Shown piece after piece: positions 1 through 12,700 of a DNA stretch of 64,000 nucleotides. Within the stretch, counting starts at the first letter, position 1. Every line of letters begins with the position of its first letter. The DNA lies in contig CM082593.2 in NCBI GenBank assembly GCA_040954595.2, positions 7,972,043 to 8,036,042 on the forward strand, given 5' to 3'. The notes beneath the pieces were generated by a model that was given only the letters and a program-made list of their open reading frames with translations, did no database searches and was not told where the DNA came from. Source of the stretch: Balanoglossus misakiensis (taxonomy: Eukaryota > Animalia > Hemichordata). The position numbers and the translations under genes are program-made.

Positions 1-48
1 TTACAGTAAAAGTGATAGCAAGTACCATAAAAAATGATTAAAATCTTA

Positions 49-3000
49 CTTGGACAATGTAAGTAAACCTATGCAGTATTTAGTCCAGCACCTGGCTATG
101 TCAGCTTTTCTCAATGGTAACGGGTCATCGACCTCAGTCTCCTCAGTTGGTGTTTCACTATCAAGGTATTTTTCATAAGCCTCCTGAAATACCTCACTTG
201 CACTGGCTGTAAAGATTAGTTTGCAATTACTTAATCATACAATATATTTGTTATCTTTATCTTTAAAGCCCCAATACAGGGTAGGTGCCACATTTATCAT
301 ACACGTAATTTCAATCTCCTAATTCTTAAAGGTATATGGTCACCTCCAATTTACATACGCCCATATATGGCTGAAATGGCGTATCTGAGTGTTCTAAAGA
401 ACAAATGGCGGTGCTCTTTTTTTATTGTGTGACACCCGCTGAAAATCTGGGATTGGTTAGATCTTAATTTGCCATGGTTACAGTAGCTAAATTTGCATAG
501 GTGACCGTATACCTTTAAGAGTATAACTGCACTATTCCAATGGGGATGAGAACTTGAAGTTCTCCCAGTCTGAATCCACAGCTGGCATGGTGCATGTAAT
601 GGTGTCTTACTTACCTAGACAATGACGTGCCTGTGTGAAATCATCGTTTGTCAAGTAATACTGTGACAATGTTGCACAGTTCGTTGCCCAGTCCACTGCA
701 TCATACTGATTGGTTTCCAACTGTCTTTGTAATGTTGTATGACAATACATGGCAGACTGTGGATGACAAAAGGATTTACACGAGGTATTGTTAGGTTGTT
801 TTATTTTGTGTTCTGTTGTTGGGTTGTTTTGTTTTCTGTTGTTGTGTTATGTTGTTTGTTGTTTGTGTTCTGTTGTTGATGTTTTGTATTCTGTTGTTGT
901 ATTATCTCGTCTTGTCTTGTTGTTTGTGTTCTGCTGTTGTGTTGTGATATTGTGTTGTTGAGTTTTTGTTGTGTTGTATTGTGTTGTATTGTGCTGTTGT
1001 GTTGATTTGTTTTGTTGTGATGCGTTGTGCTGTTGAGTTGTGTTGATTTTTGTTTTGTTGTCTTGTTTTGTGCTGTTGTGTTGATTTGTTTTGTTGTGAT
1101 GCGTTGTGCTGTTGTGTTGTGTTGATTTTTGTTTTGTTGTCTTGTTTTGTGCTGTTGTGTTGATTTGTGTTGTTGTGTTGTGGTGGGTTGTGTTGAGTTG
1201 TGCTGTGTTGTCATGTTGATATGCACGACAAACAGGATTACAACAAGTACCAGAAGTAGAAGACACACTGACATGCAACCAGTATAATTCTTAGACATTC
1301 TTTTTGCAAGAGAGAAAAAAAACCTGACTACTTTACCTTATCCTTATTGTCTAGTTTCCCATGCACTTGAGCCAGGAAGTAAAGAGTCAGCGTGTGTAAC
1401 TGTTCAAATTTAGACTGACGGTCATGTTCGGATAATCTCTCATCTTCAGATCTGAACAACCTGGAAGGACGAAATATACATTGGAATATTTGCAGCAGGC
1501 TTTGCTGCTGTTTATCAGTATTTTGATGAGATGGAAATTCACGTATTGTACGGTACTTACTCATGTATACTGGATGGTGCTTTTCCAACTTCATGCATGT
1601 ATTGAAGGTACAGACTCTCAGAATCCTGGCAATAAAATACAAACAAGATTAACCAGAGCTTTTCGTGCGACTTGTTTTTAATATGCAGTGATTCCATGTC
1701 AAAAATCATACCGGCTATCCTACTTGTTAGGCTAATTAGGCTAATTTAAATGTTTCAAACGAATGCATTATTCTAGGCGGGCAACCAATCACAGCACGGG
1801 CACTTTCCAGCAGTCAGCTGAAGGTAGCTCGAAGCTGGATTCAGCGTGTAGAAAAAGCTTGGCATTTATAACAGTCAACTTATTTACCTGTAGATATTGT
1901 AACGCTTGGTGGAAATCACTCCTAGCACACCACAGTATGCCATATTGATTGAGTGCACTCAAAACAATACTGACACATTTCTCATTCAACTTTTCACTTT
2001 TCAAAGCTTCCAGGCATTTGTTGAGATGTTCTTCACCAGACGATGTTTCTTCAGTTTCAATATAATTGGCAGCCAGTAGACACTCCAAGCCATTCACTTG
2101 GTATTTCAAATCTGTGATAACGACAAAACTTTGAACATCATAATTTTTTCAACTTAAAACAATCTCCATAAACCATTCCCAGGGTTCATGAGAACAAACT
2201 ATTAACCCCTAATGCTACTGGTTTTCATACCTGTTCAGAGTGTCAAGTCCCTTAAAATACGTATTTGCCATTTTTCTTCTTAAACGTATTTTGACTGTCT
2301 TGGCATAGCTGTTTGAACCCCCCGTAAAATGTACCAAATCGTACAGTTTTCACTGATTTGGCTTGGGGGTCTTGTATAGGCCCTACTCAGTAACACACAC
2401 TCGGCAGTCCCAACAGGCCTGGGTGCCAGGATTGTAGGCTGTTCTGTTCCTTTGACATTGTAAAATTGTAAAAGGATAAGCGAACGTACCTTCATTGTTT
2501 TCATTGTCATTATACAGTGCCCGAATCAATGTCTTCACTTCCACTAGTATTTCCCGTGCTTCATATTTTGACTTGTATGGCTCCGTTTCAGGATCATTTT
2601 TAGAATCCTAAATTGTCAGATACAAAATTTTTCAAATTGAAGCACACCTGCTCCCGGTCTTTTATCATGTAATGATGACAACATTATTTTATTGAGCTTG
2701 ACACAAATCAGGTATTATTCCTGACATTTCCTATTGCAAATGCTAAACAACTTCCATTTTCAATATATTTTAAATTTCCTGCCATTTTCGAAAGCTGGAC
2801 ATAGTCTAAAAAGAAAACAGTGAATGTATGTGCGAGCAGATCCAGCTTATCTACATGAAATAATTTGAATTAGTTTAAAAGTCGATAAAATAAAAGTTGG
2901 ACATCATGGTGTTAATTCTCTCCATATAAAGAAACTGACGAGATCGTCGTTACATCTTATAGCATTATTAGTCTCAAATCCCTCCTACAGAAATTACAAC

Positions 3001-3393
3001 GGTTGTTCTATCTTACTCTGAAGAGTCGGAAGATGTAAATCTCCACTTTCTGTTCAGCACAGTTCAGTGCGGTAGTCAAGTACCTAGAGCCGCACGTTCC
3101 TTCGCATTCGCCACTGTCTGTAGTTTGGAGGAGCGAAGGAACGTACAAGCTTGCAAGGTACATGTACATGTACATAACATGTACACTGTACAGGTCTACA
3201 TGTAGTTCAATTTAATTAGTAAACACTATGACTTCACTATAACTACGATGGAATTGTCCCCGGCTTGAAAAAGAATACTGCAGTACACTCAACTTACTTC
3301 TTCATTTAACTTCCTGGCTTTCTCGTACTTCTTAAATATATCACTCAAATCGCCAGATCCACCTTCCGTCTCTAACTCAACGGAGGCAGCCAT
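49..3393 (-). CDS. KIFBP: KIF-binding protein (KBP/KIAA1279), first 7 exons; gene continues beyond position 1
   Basis: GT-AG exons at about 3393-3298, 2607-2490, 2111-1888, 1625-1561, 1460-1337, 756-615 and 207-49 splice in frame. They give MAASVELE...DPETEPYKSKYEAREIL...NYIETEETSSGEEHL...GILW...LYFLAQV...YCHTTLQRQLE...WATNCATLSQYY...ADIARCWTKYC, matching the KBP motifs EPYKSKY, GEEHL, YCHxTLxRQL and IARCWxKYC. Confidence 0.93.
326..518. mobile_element. ~190 bp MITE in a KIFBP intron
   Basis: Terminal inverted repeats ttaaAGGTATATGGTCACCT ... AGGTGACCGTATACCTttaa with TTAA at both ends; a degenerate relative lies at ~16780-16959. Confidence 0.75.
786..1212. repeat. Complex TGT/TGTGT low-complexity minisatellite in a KIFBP intron
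   Basis: Almost only T and G, with longer internal repeats (e.g. gtgctgttgtgttgatttgttttgttgtgatgcgttgtgctgttg twice). Confidence 0.9.
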
Positions 3394-6300
3394 TTTCCTC
3401 AAGAATTATGAAGTACGCCACCAGCGGCCGTAATGTGATTTCTTTTAGAAGAGTAAAATATTGATGCGATGCAAACTTTGACACGATTACATTAATTTTA
3501 ATATTTCTCAAAATAACAGCGCATATTTGCATATTCATGTCACATGGCAATGTATTCTATGAGAATATATCATTTTTAGACACCACCTTATTCAAGAGAA
3601 TATATCGTCTGCAATTATATTCAAGGGTATGCTGACCTGTAATCGTACAGGTCTGTTTAATATCCATATCCGATCCCAGCGTTACACATAGGCACCATCG
3701 TAGCCACTTATACTATAACTGATAAGCGCTGTCACCCCCCCCCCCCCACGCTTACCCCATCACCCCATTTCCAAAACAGGGTGTCCTCCCCCATGAATCC
3801 ATCGCCCCCACCCCGGCCGAAGAAACTGACCAGTCCCTTATCTTGTCCGGCTTGCAAGAAAGATGGGGGACTGAATGGTAAGGTTTGATTACCGGGAACA
3901 CACAATTTTCTTTCTCGACCAGATCTAACATTCACATATAAGCCCTAACCTATCCAGATTATGGTAGAAATGCAATTTACTTTGTTCTGCCAAGCTTGGC
4001 ATGTTTTTGTTAGGCCACAGTGTTGTTCTTTTCCTTGCCAGCGTGGCATGGAATCGAGTACTAGGCCCGAGTGTTTAAAACATTAAACGTCTAACTATTG
4101 TTAGAACGTCCCATTTGTTTGTTGCGGGTGCTTCTCAGGTACGAAATTGCATTTTGCATGGTAATAAAAAAATAAATGATATCTAAATTTGTGCTTTTGA
4201 GACAAACTTCATTAAGTCCGCGAGGTTTTCAATTTGTCGACAAAAATTGGATACTGCAAATAGCTTAATTTTATTATTTACGAGAATGTGTAAGAACAAT
4301 GCACCACTAACGTTGCCCCGGATCCGGGGCGATCTGTCGGAAGCAATGATATTATTTTGTAATTAAAAGAACTTTAATGAAGTAATTACTTAATAAATTT
4401 GTTAGCTATTTGCTTTGTTTGTTTGTTTATTTGTTTGTTCAGTGTCAAGGTATGTGGTCCTAGTGCCGCTCGCTTATGTACACACTGATATTTAACAAAG
4501 ATACACACCATAGGAACGTAACCTTTGCCGCTTGTTCACTGTTTTAGGCAAACGTCAAGTAACATACTGATGTTTTGTGTGGAAAGTCCAGCAGACAAAA
4601 TAATCTACACGGACTTCACAACATCACTATTATACGTTTCATTTCACCGCCAAAGTTCGAGCAGAGTAACTCGGAATGGCCGTACGTGTGTAGAAGGGCA
4701 ATAAAATAGTACAATGTGCAGTACATGAACCCACTTAGTGCAGACGTGTGGGGTTATGGAATGGGGCATTGAGCTGTACTGCAGAGGCGTTTTAGTAAAA
4801 GTTAAAGGCCCTTCTCATTTTTTGTTTCCAATAAACAGTTACGTGCTAACACAAAGCAGTTCTGATTTGCTTTCATTGCTCTGCCCTGGGATCGAGAAAA
4901 TGGCCTTTAAGGAAAAGCCTGAAATGGCATGTCGCCCTGACCAATTGTATGCACGAGTATCCATGCTCATACTTTCATTATGAGGATTCACACTATGTTT
5001 AAACTTCGACATTCAACTTAGATGAATACAATATGTTGTAACATGATTATATTACTATTTTCAAACAATAAAATTCTTGATACTTCACGCGGCCGTACAT
5101 TCCCGTGAGCTTGCTGTAGTTCTTGTCGATACTTTGCAATTGGGCGTGGTCGCCCCATGAACCGCTTGAGTGGGCTGGACTTTTCTAGTTGTCTTGTCTG
5201 GCTTGCGAGAAAGAGGGGGAACCGATTAGGAAGGTTGGGTTACTGGGAACACACACTTTTCTTACTCGATAAAAATACAGATTTGTGTTAATACATATTT
5301 GAAAAGTCGTTTTGTCAATCGTGCACGTTTAGTTTGCCAGGCCGCCATTTTTTTGTCGACGTGGTATAGCTAGGCTCTAGGATGTTTAAAAATAAAGTTA
5401 ACTCGATTAATTATTTAAATGAAATTGTACGTTGTTGCAGGTACTTCTGATGAGAACAATTTCCATATTTAATGTTTTAATATCAAAGCGCATAAGGTTA
5501 CTTTCTGCGACCCTTTTCAGGATATGCACGAAACTCTCGATCGGTCACATGACTGGGTCACATGGGCATGTTCGTTGAAGCTAATAGCCCAACAGCATAT
5601 TCATAATTATGTACGTTTAATCCACAACATATTAACGTTTTATCAACATACTAACGTTTGCGCTTAAAATATTTAAGTTTACCCACAACGTATCAACGTT
5701 TTATACACAACATATTGCTGTTCCCGTCGATAACGAATGGAACTTCGTATTGCGTGATTAGCGTCGCGTCCACGGGACGTTCTATCTATACGCGAACGCA
5801 TTTCAGTGTCACAAGTCTTGGAGCAAGACTAACCCAACTTCTTTGCTTTCCCCTTGTTTACCAATAAACAGTTCCGTACACAAGACAAAATATTTCTTGT
5901 GTACCTGTGCTTTTTTCGTGAGGATCGCCGAATTTTGAAAACTTTAAACCTTCATTTCATAACACAGACGTCTACAATATTGAGAATGATACAGTAGACG
6001 TCATTTCATGATAAATGCCTTTACACTATAAATAGTCTTTTACACAGTACGTGTCAATTAGACAAGTGAGCAGGAGACGACTCTGACGTGGCGTGACGTT
6101 TTAATTTGTGAAAAATAAAAATAAAATATATAATTTATGTAGCATATCCAGGGGTGTCCATAAGTGTAAAAAAAACACCCGTACGACAGTACCGATCGAC
6201 TCCTGCCACCCCCTGCCCTATCCCCCTACCCTCCTGTCTCCATGCCCTATCCGTGTCGTTTTTAGTTAATTAGGGTATGTTCTTCATGCTGTTTGGAGTG

Positions 6301-6564
6301 TATTAGGGCAATTGATATATTTTGAACACTTCTTTAATTTCAATAAGCTTCGCTTGCTTCGTGTACTTTTGGTCATTTCTTTGTGTCACATCAGTATTTT
6401 TTTAACGATCTTCGGAATTGTGAACGGCAACGTAAACTTGTCTTTTCACACCATATGCTGAGAAGACACATACAAAAAATGAGTTCCGGTAGAATGAATA
6501 TTAAAATAAAGTCCGTGTTGGGTCTGATAACGTTAACGGTATGATGTAACGGTTTCCCCATCCC

Positions 6565-6750
6565 CTGGGGTCGACTTTGACTCTCTCACAGCCCCTCTTG
6601 TCGTCCATGCAGGCTTATGGACTGATATTCGAATAAATAAGTGTTAACAGCCCTACATAACACCATATGGGGCTTCTCCTTTGCTAAACAGTTGAGGGCG
6701 CATCAGTGAAAGAGCCCCGTGGGCTGTGAGAGAGTCTAGGGTCGACCCTA
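6565..6750. mobile_element. Small inverted-repeat element (MITE-like); second copy at ~12838-13040
   Basis: gggtcgactttgactctctcacagccc ... gggctgtgagagagtctagggtcgaccc are imperfect inverted arms. Confidence 0.6.
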
Positions 6751-7923
6751 CCCGGAGCACCCCACCCCCACCCCCACCCCTGAAGACACGAAATGCTGTA
6801 TACAGAGGGATCGGAATAGTTCATCTATCCCTGGATTAAAAAATAAACTTGAGTGGGCGGATGATCACGTGATTCTTGCCAGTAATTCGAATATTTCGAT
6901 ACGCCTTCTGAACCATACATGGTCATACATAGATTTCGAAAACCATATTTGGGTTGATGTAAATGATCATTTCGACCGTTTTTAACACCGTATATGGGCA
7001 TTATGTAAATTAGAGGTGCTTGTAATTCCTTAAATATGAGGCTGTGGTACACAAATTTTCACAACTTTGCAAATCGCCGACAGCAGCCAAATCCAGCATT
7101 CTCACCCAGTGTTTGATTCCGAAGACCGGTAAGTTTTGTTGTTTTCGTTTTTTGTTGAAGTTTACTCATTGCAGCTGGAATAGTAAGATAAATTTCTCTC
7201 TGTTTCCTTGACCAAAAATTAGACGTAGGCCTAAAACCATTCGAAATCCCTATACCATACTTGTTGTGACTTTCTAATTTTATAAGCCGTTATATTTGCG
7301 ATTGCCAACAAAACTAAAATTTTATTCAGGCCCATCAGATGATCCCAGATCCTTACCTGAGAAACAATACGTTCTTTTTAGCAGTTATCAACTTTTAATC
7401 TTCCATTTAGCACTGATGCAGTGTATGAGACATTAACAGCTGTGGGCCTATATTCGATATGTTTATCAACCATCGCAATTCGCTTCTAGAAAATGAATAC
7501 CGAACGCGACAGTGAAACAGTCGGGGCGAAAAATCTTATATACGTCTATGGCTGCGAAATTTCAGAGCGATTTGCTTGCAAGGATTTTGCCCCCAAAACT
7601 CATGTACACGTATGCATGACATTGGCTGTTATTGAGGTATTCATATACTTGTGTCGCTGGTTGCAGAGATAAATCATTTGGCACTTTTATGAGGGCAATA
7701 TGTTAGCTTACATGTATGTAATAAAAATACACATTAATTGCATTGGAAATATTTGGCCTGGGTGTGTTTGCATGTGTTCCTAATTGATGCCAAAACGTTT
7801 CGAGTTCATGAAATGCCCCTCACCAGAATCTACCGCTTGGTTTTATATATATATTTTAATGATATTTTAATTGAAAAGTGGTTGTCTTCATTTTGCTCAC
7901 GTTGCAGGACTTCCACGACAACC

Positions 7924-8295
7924 ATGTATTTCATCATCTTAGCAGCAGCCCTTATCGGTTATGCAAATGCCGCCTGCGACAGCGTCAGTGGTGAGCAAAA
8001 CTTCTGTGCTGTGCTGTACGAGCACACATTTTGTGAAGGTTCGGCTCTGACCATCGGCCAACCGGGAGAGTACGTCGCTAATATGCACGACGGCACATTT
8101 TTCGACCTCATATCGTCTGTCCGGGTCGCTCCCGGCTGCAAGATTGTCATGTATGAGCACGTCGACTACGAAGGTGACCAGCTGAAGGTTTCCGGCCCTG
8201 GAATCAACGACGACTTCACGGCAACTCCCCGCCCCGCCGGTAACTGGAACGACATCGTGTCCGGCTACCGATGCGAATGCTGCACCATTGCTTGA
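7924..8295 (+). CDS. Secreted 123-aa syncollin-like / beta-gamma-crystallin-fold protein, copy 1
   Basis: Acceptor ttgcag at 7907, then accATG at 7924. Signal peptide MYFIILAAALIGYANA; two Greek-key-like repeats (LYEHTFCEG...FDLISSVRV and MYEHVDYEG...WNDIVSGYRC); Cys pattern with VAPGC and terminal CxC as in syncollin. Probable non-coding exon ending at 7128 (g|gtaagt); AATAAA at 8449. Confidence 0.85.
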   Translation: MYFIILAAALIGYANAACDSVSGEQNFCAVLYEHTFCEGSALTIGQPGEYVANMHDGTFFDLISSVRVAPGCKIVMYEHVDYEGDQLKVSGPGINDDFTATPRPAGNWNDIVSGYRCECCTIA

Positions 8296-8559
8296 AGAAG
8301 AACGGGCGAAATGAACAATAACGAACATTAACGCTCTTTATTTGAACGAAGTTGAAAATGTAAACAGCTATGTTTCAGACTCTTGGTTTATTGTTGCATG
8401 TTCACTAATTCTCTGGCTTTTTGTAGTGGTACCACAAACTTCATAAGCAATAAACATAATCTGCAACCTGAATTAATTGCAGTTTCTCGTTTTATTTTCC
8501 CTGTTATACTTTCACTGATCGAAAACAACACGAACAATTATGTTAAAGTCACAATTATT

Positions 8560-9100
8560 TTATAACAGCTTACTTTGGTTGCCCCTAGAAACATGGCTAC
8601 CAAATTGCAAAGCAATCTGTCATGCGGTTTTAGATTAAAAGATTTTTACCAAAAATGGCAAAAAGGCTCAAAATGATAAGTATGCAAAGTTTGCAACAAT
8701 TTCAGAAAAGAAGATTTCTTACCAAAAACGCGGAAAACGACAAAAATGCATAAAAATGGAAAGTTCAGAATATTAACTCCAAACATACAGGACTATATGA
8801 GGTTGACGTAAGGTACATGCCTACCAATTGTCAAATCAATCCGACTAGTGGTTGTTGAGTTTTGACCAATTTCAGATCTTCCCAGCCAATTTGCATATTT
8901 TTAGCAATGACTACTTCATTTGAACAAAATCACATCTACAGTTAAGCCTGCATGTACACACGAAATATCGAGGTGATACGCGCAGCGGTTTTCATATTTT
9001 GTGTGGACAGACATGCAGACATACATGTACATCCATACATACAGACGGAACTGATTCCATAAGGTCCTATGAAAAATATATATACCAAATGGGACCTAAC
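8560..9100 (-). mobile_element. Helentron-associated (HINE/DINE-like) non-autonomous element; duplicate at ~14850-15380
   Basis: Terminal motif ccaaatgggacctaa with a nearby inverted partner (taaggtcc) and an adjacent (CATA/CAGA)n microsatellite. Related termini occur at ~24888, ~45278 and ~57935. The left boundary is approximate. Confidence 0.5.
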
Positions 9101-9660
9101 AATAATAAAAACATGGTGCTGGACGTGCTAAAACTATCTACAAAGTGGAGAGAGAGAGGGGGGGGAGGGGGAGAGAGAGACCCTCTTTCTGCAGTGCCCA
9201 GCGTATGTGTACTGTGCCGATGGCAAAATCTATTTTTGCCGTCCAAGGTTTAAAAGTCGATAAAATAAAAGTTGGACATCATGGTGTTAATTCTCTCCAT
9301 ATAAGAAACTGACGAGATCGTCGTTACATCTTAGTCTCAAATCCCTCCGACAGAAATTACAACGGTTGTTCTATCTTACTCTGAAGAGTCGGAAGATGTA
9401 AATCTCCACTTTCTGTTCAGCACAGTTCAGTGCGGTAGTCAAGTACCTAGAGCCGCACGTTCCTTCGCATTCGCCACTGTCTGTAGTTTGGAGGAGCGAA
9501 GGAATGTACAAGCTTGCAAGGTACATGTACATGTACATAACATGTACACTGTACAGGTCTACATGTAGTTCAATTTAATTAGTAAACACTATGACTTCAC
9601 TATAACTACGATGGAATTGTCCCCGGCTTACAAAAGAATACTGCAGTACACTAAACTTAC

Positions 9661-9756
9661 TTCTTCATTTAACTTCCTGGCTTTCTCGTACTTCTTAAAT
9701 ATATCACTCAAATCGCCAGATCCACCTTCCGTCTCCAACTCAACGGAGGCAGCCAT
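9661..9756 (-). other. KIFBP: Duplicated KIFBP promoter and exon 1 (orphan or alternative first exon)
   Basis: Encodes the same 32 aa (MAASVELETEGGSGDLSDIFKKYEKARKLNEE) with one silent change and an intact GTAAGT donor; exon 2 was not duplicated. Confidence 0.85.
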
Positions 9757-12700
9757 TTTCCTCAAGAATTATGAAGTACGCCACCAGCGGCCGTAATGTG
9801 ATTTCTTTTAGAAGAGTAAATTATTGATGCGATGCAAACTTTGACACGATTACATTAATTTTAATATTTCTCAAAATAACAGCACATATTTGCATATTCA
9901 TGTCACATGGCAATGTATTCTATGAGAATATATCATTTTTAGACACCACCTTATTCCGGAGAATATATCGTCTGCAATTATATTCAAGGGTATGCTGACC
10001 TGTAATCGTACAGGTCTGTTTATCCGATCCCAGCGTTACACGTAGGCACCATAGTAGCCATTTATACTATAACTGATAAGCGCTGTCACCCCCCCCCCCC
10101 CGCTTACCCCCACCCCATCACAGATTTCCAAAACAGGGTGTCCTCCCCCATGAACCCACCGCCCCCACCCCGGTCGAAGAAACTGACCAGTCCCTTATCT
10201 TGTCCGGCTTGCAAGAAAGAGGGGGGACTGAATGGTAAGGTTTGATTACCGGGAACACACATTTTTCTTTCTCGACCAGATCTAACATTCACATATAAGC
10301 CCTAACCTATCCAGATTATGGTAGAAATGCAATTTACTTTGTTCTGCCAAGCTTGGCGTGTTTTTTGTTAGGCCACAGTGTTGTTTTTGTTTCCTTGCCA
10401 GCGTGGCATGGAATCGAGTACTAGGCCCGAGTGTTTAAAACATTAAACGTCTAACTATTGTTAGAACGTCACATTTTTTGTTGCGGGTGCTTCTCAGGTA
10501 CGAAATTGCATTTTGCATGGTAATAAAAAAAATAAATGATATCTAAATTTGTGCTTTTGAGGCAAATTTCATTAAGTCTGCGAGGTTTTCAATTTGTCGA
10601 CAAAAATTGGATACTGCAAATAGCTTAATTTTATTATTTACGAGAATGTGTAAGAACAATGCACCACTAACGTTAACGTTGCCCCGGATCCTGGGCGGAT
10701 CTGTCGGAAGCAATGATATTATTTTGTAATTAAAAGAACTTTAATGAAGTAATTACTTAATAAATTTGTTAGCTATTTGCTTTGTTTGTTTGTTTGTTTG
10801 TTTGTTCTGTGTCAAGGTTTGGAGTCCTACTGCCGTTCGCGAATGTACACACTACCCTTGCCGCTTGTTCACTATTTTAGGCAAACGTCAAGTAACATAA
10901 TGATGTTTTGTGTGGAAAGTCCAGCAGACAAAATAATCTACACGGACTTCACAACATCACTATCATACGTTGCATTTCATCGCCAAAGTTCGAGCAGAGT
11001 AATGGAATGGCCGTACGTGTGTCGAAGGGCAATAAAATAGTTACAATGTGCAGTACATGAACCCACTTAGTGCAGACGTGTGGGGTTATGGAATGGGGCA
11101 TTGAGCTGTACTGCAGAGGCGTTTTAGTAAAAGTTAAAGGCCCTTCTCATTTTTTGTTTCCAATAAACAGTTACGTGCTAACACAAAGGATTTCTTGTTT
11201 GCTTTAACTGCTCTGCCCTGGGATCGAGCAAATGGCCTTTTAAGGAAAAGCCTGAAATGGCATGTCGCCCTGACCAATTGTATGCACGAGTATCCATGCT
11301 CATACTTTCATTATGAGGATTCACACTATGTTTAAACTTCGACATTCAACTTAGATGAATACAATATGTTGTAACATGATTATATTACATTTGTATTATT
11401 TTCAAACAATTAAATTCTTGAGACTTCACGCGAACATTCCCGTGAGCTTGCTGTAGTTCTTGTCGGTACTTTGCAATTAGGCGTGGTCGCCCCATGAACC
11501 GCTTGAGTGGGCCTGATGAAGTGTGCTGCACTTTTCTAGTCGTTTTGTTCCGCTTGCGAGAAAGAGCTGGGGACCGATTAGGAAGGTTGGGTTACTGGGA
11601 ACGCACACTTTTCTTACTCGATAAAAATACAGATTTATGTTAATACATATTTGAAAAGTCGTTTTGTCAATCGTGCACGTTTAGTTTGCCAGGCCGCCAT
11701 TTTTTGTCGACGTGGTATAGCTAGGCTCTAGGATGTTTAAAAATAAAGTTAACTCGATTAATTATTTAAATGAAATTGTACGTGTTTGCAGGTACTTCTG
11801 ATGAGAACAATTTCCATATTTAATGTTTATCAAAGCGCATAAGGTTATCATACTTTCTGCGACCCTTTTCAGGATATGCACGAAACTCTCGATCGATCAC
11901 ATGACTGGGTCACATGGGCATGTTCGTTGAAGCTAATAGCCCAACAGCATATTCATAATTATGTACGTTTAATCCACAACATATTAACGTTTTATCAACA
12001 GCATATTAACGTTTGCGCATTATATATTAAAGTTTATCCACAACGTATCAACGTTTTATACACAACATATTGCTGTTCCCGTCGATAACGAATGGAACTT
12101 CGTATTGCGTGATTAGTGTCGCGTCCACGGGACGTTCTATCTATACGCGAACGCATTTCAGTGTCACAAGTCTTGGAGCAAGACTAACCCAACTTCTTTG
12201 CTTTCCCCTTTGTTTACCAATAAACAGTTCCGTACACAAGACAAAATATTTCTTGTATAACTGTGCTTTATTCGTGAGGATCGCCGAATTTTGAAAAGTT
12301 TAATCCTTCATTTCATAACACGGACGTCTACAATATTGAGAATGATACAGTAGACGTCATTTCATGATAAATGTCTTTACACTATAAATAGTCTTTTACA
12401 CGGTACGTGGCAATTAGACAAGCGAGCAGGAGACGACTCATACGTGATGTGACGTTTTAATTTGTGAAAAATTAAAAAATATATATAGCATATCCAGGGA
12501 TGTCCATAAGTGTAAAAAAAACCACCCGTACGACAGTACCGATCGACTCCTGCCCCCTCCCTATGCATGGGGGGATGTATTAGGGCAATTAATATGTTTT
12601 GAACCCCTCCTTTAATTTCAATAAGCTTAGCTTGCTTCGTGTACTTTTGGTCATTTCTTTGTGTCACATCAGTACTTTTTTACCGATAGTTCGGAATTGT

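Noticed and set aside
801-1298. 165-aa and 143-aa Q/N/T-rich ORFs
   Set aside because: Translations of the TGT minisatellite inside a KIFBP intron.
7738-7923. N-terminal extension of the 185-aa ORF
   Set aside because: Lies in the intron before the acceptor at 7907 and is frameshifted in copy 2 by an AT-repeat change; the true start is 7924.
7939-8328. 129-aa antisense ORF (also 14230-14619)
   Set aside because: Shadow of a codon-biased sense CDS with no recognisable motif.
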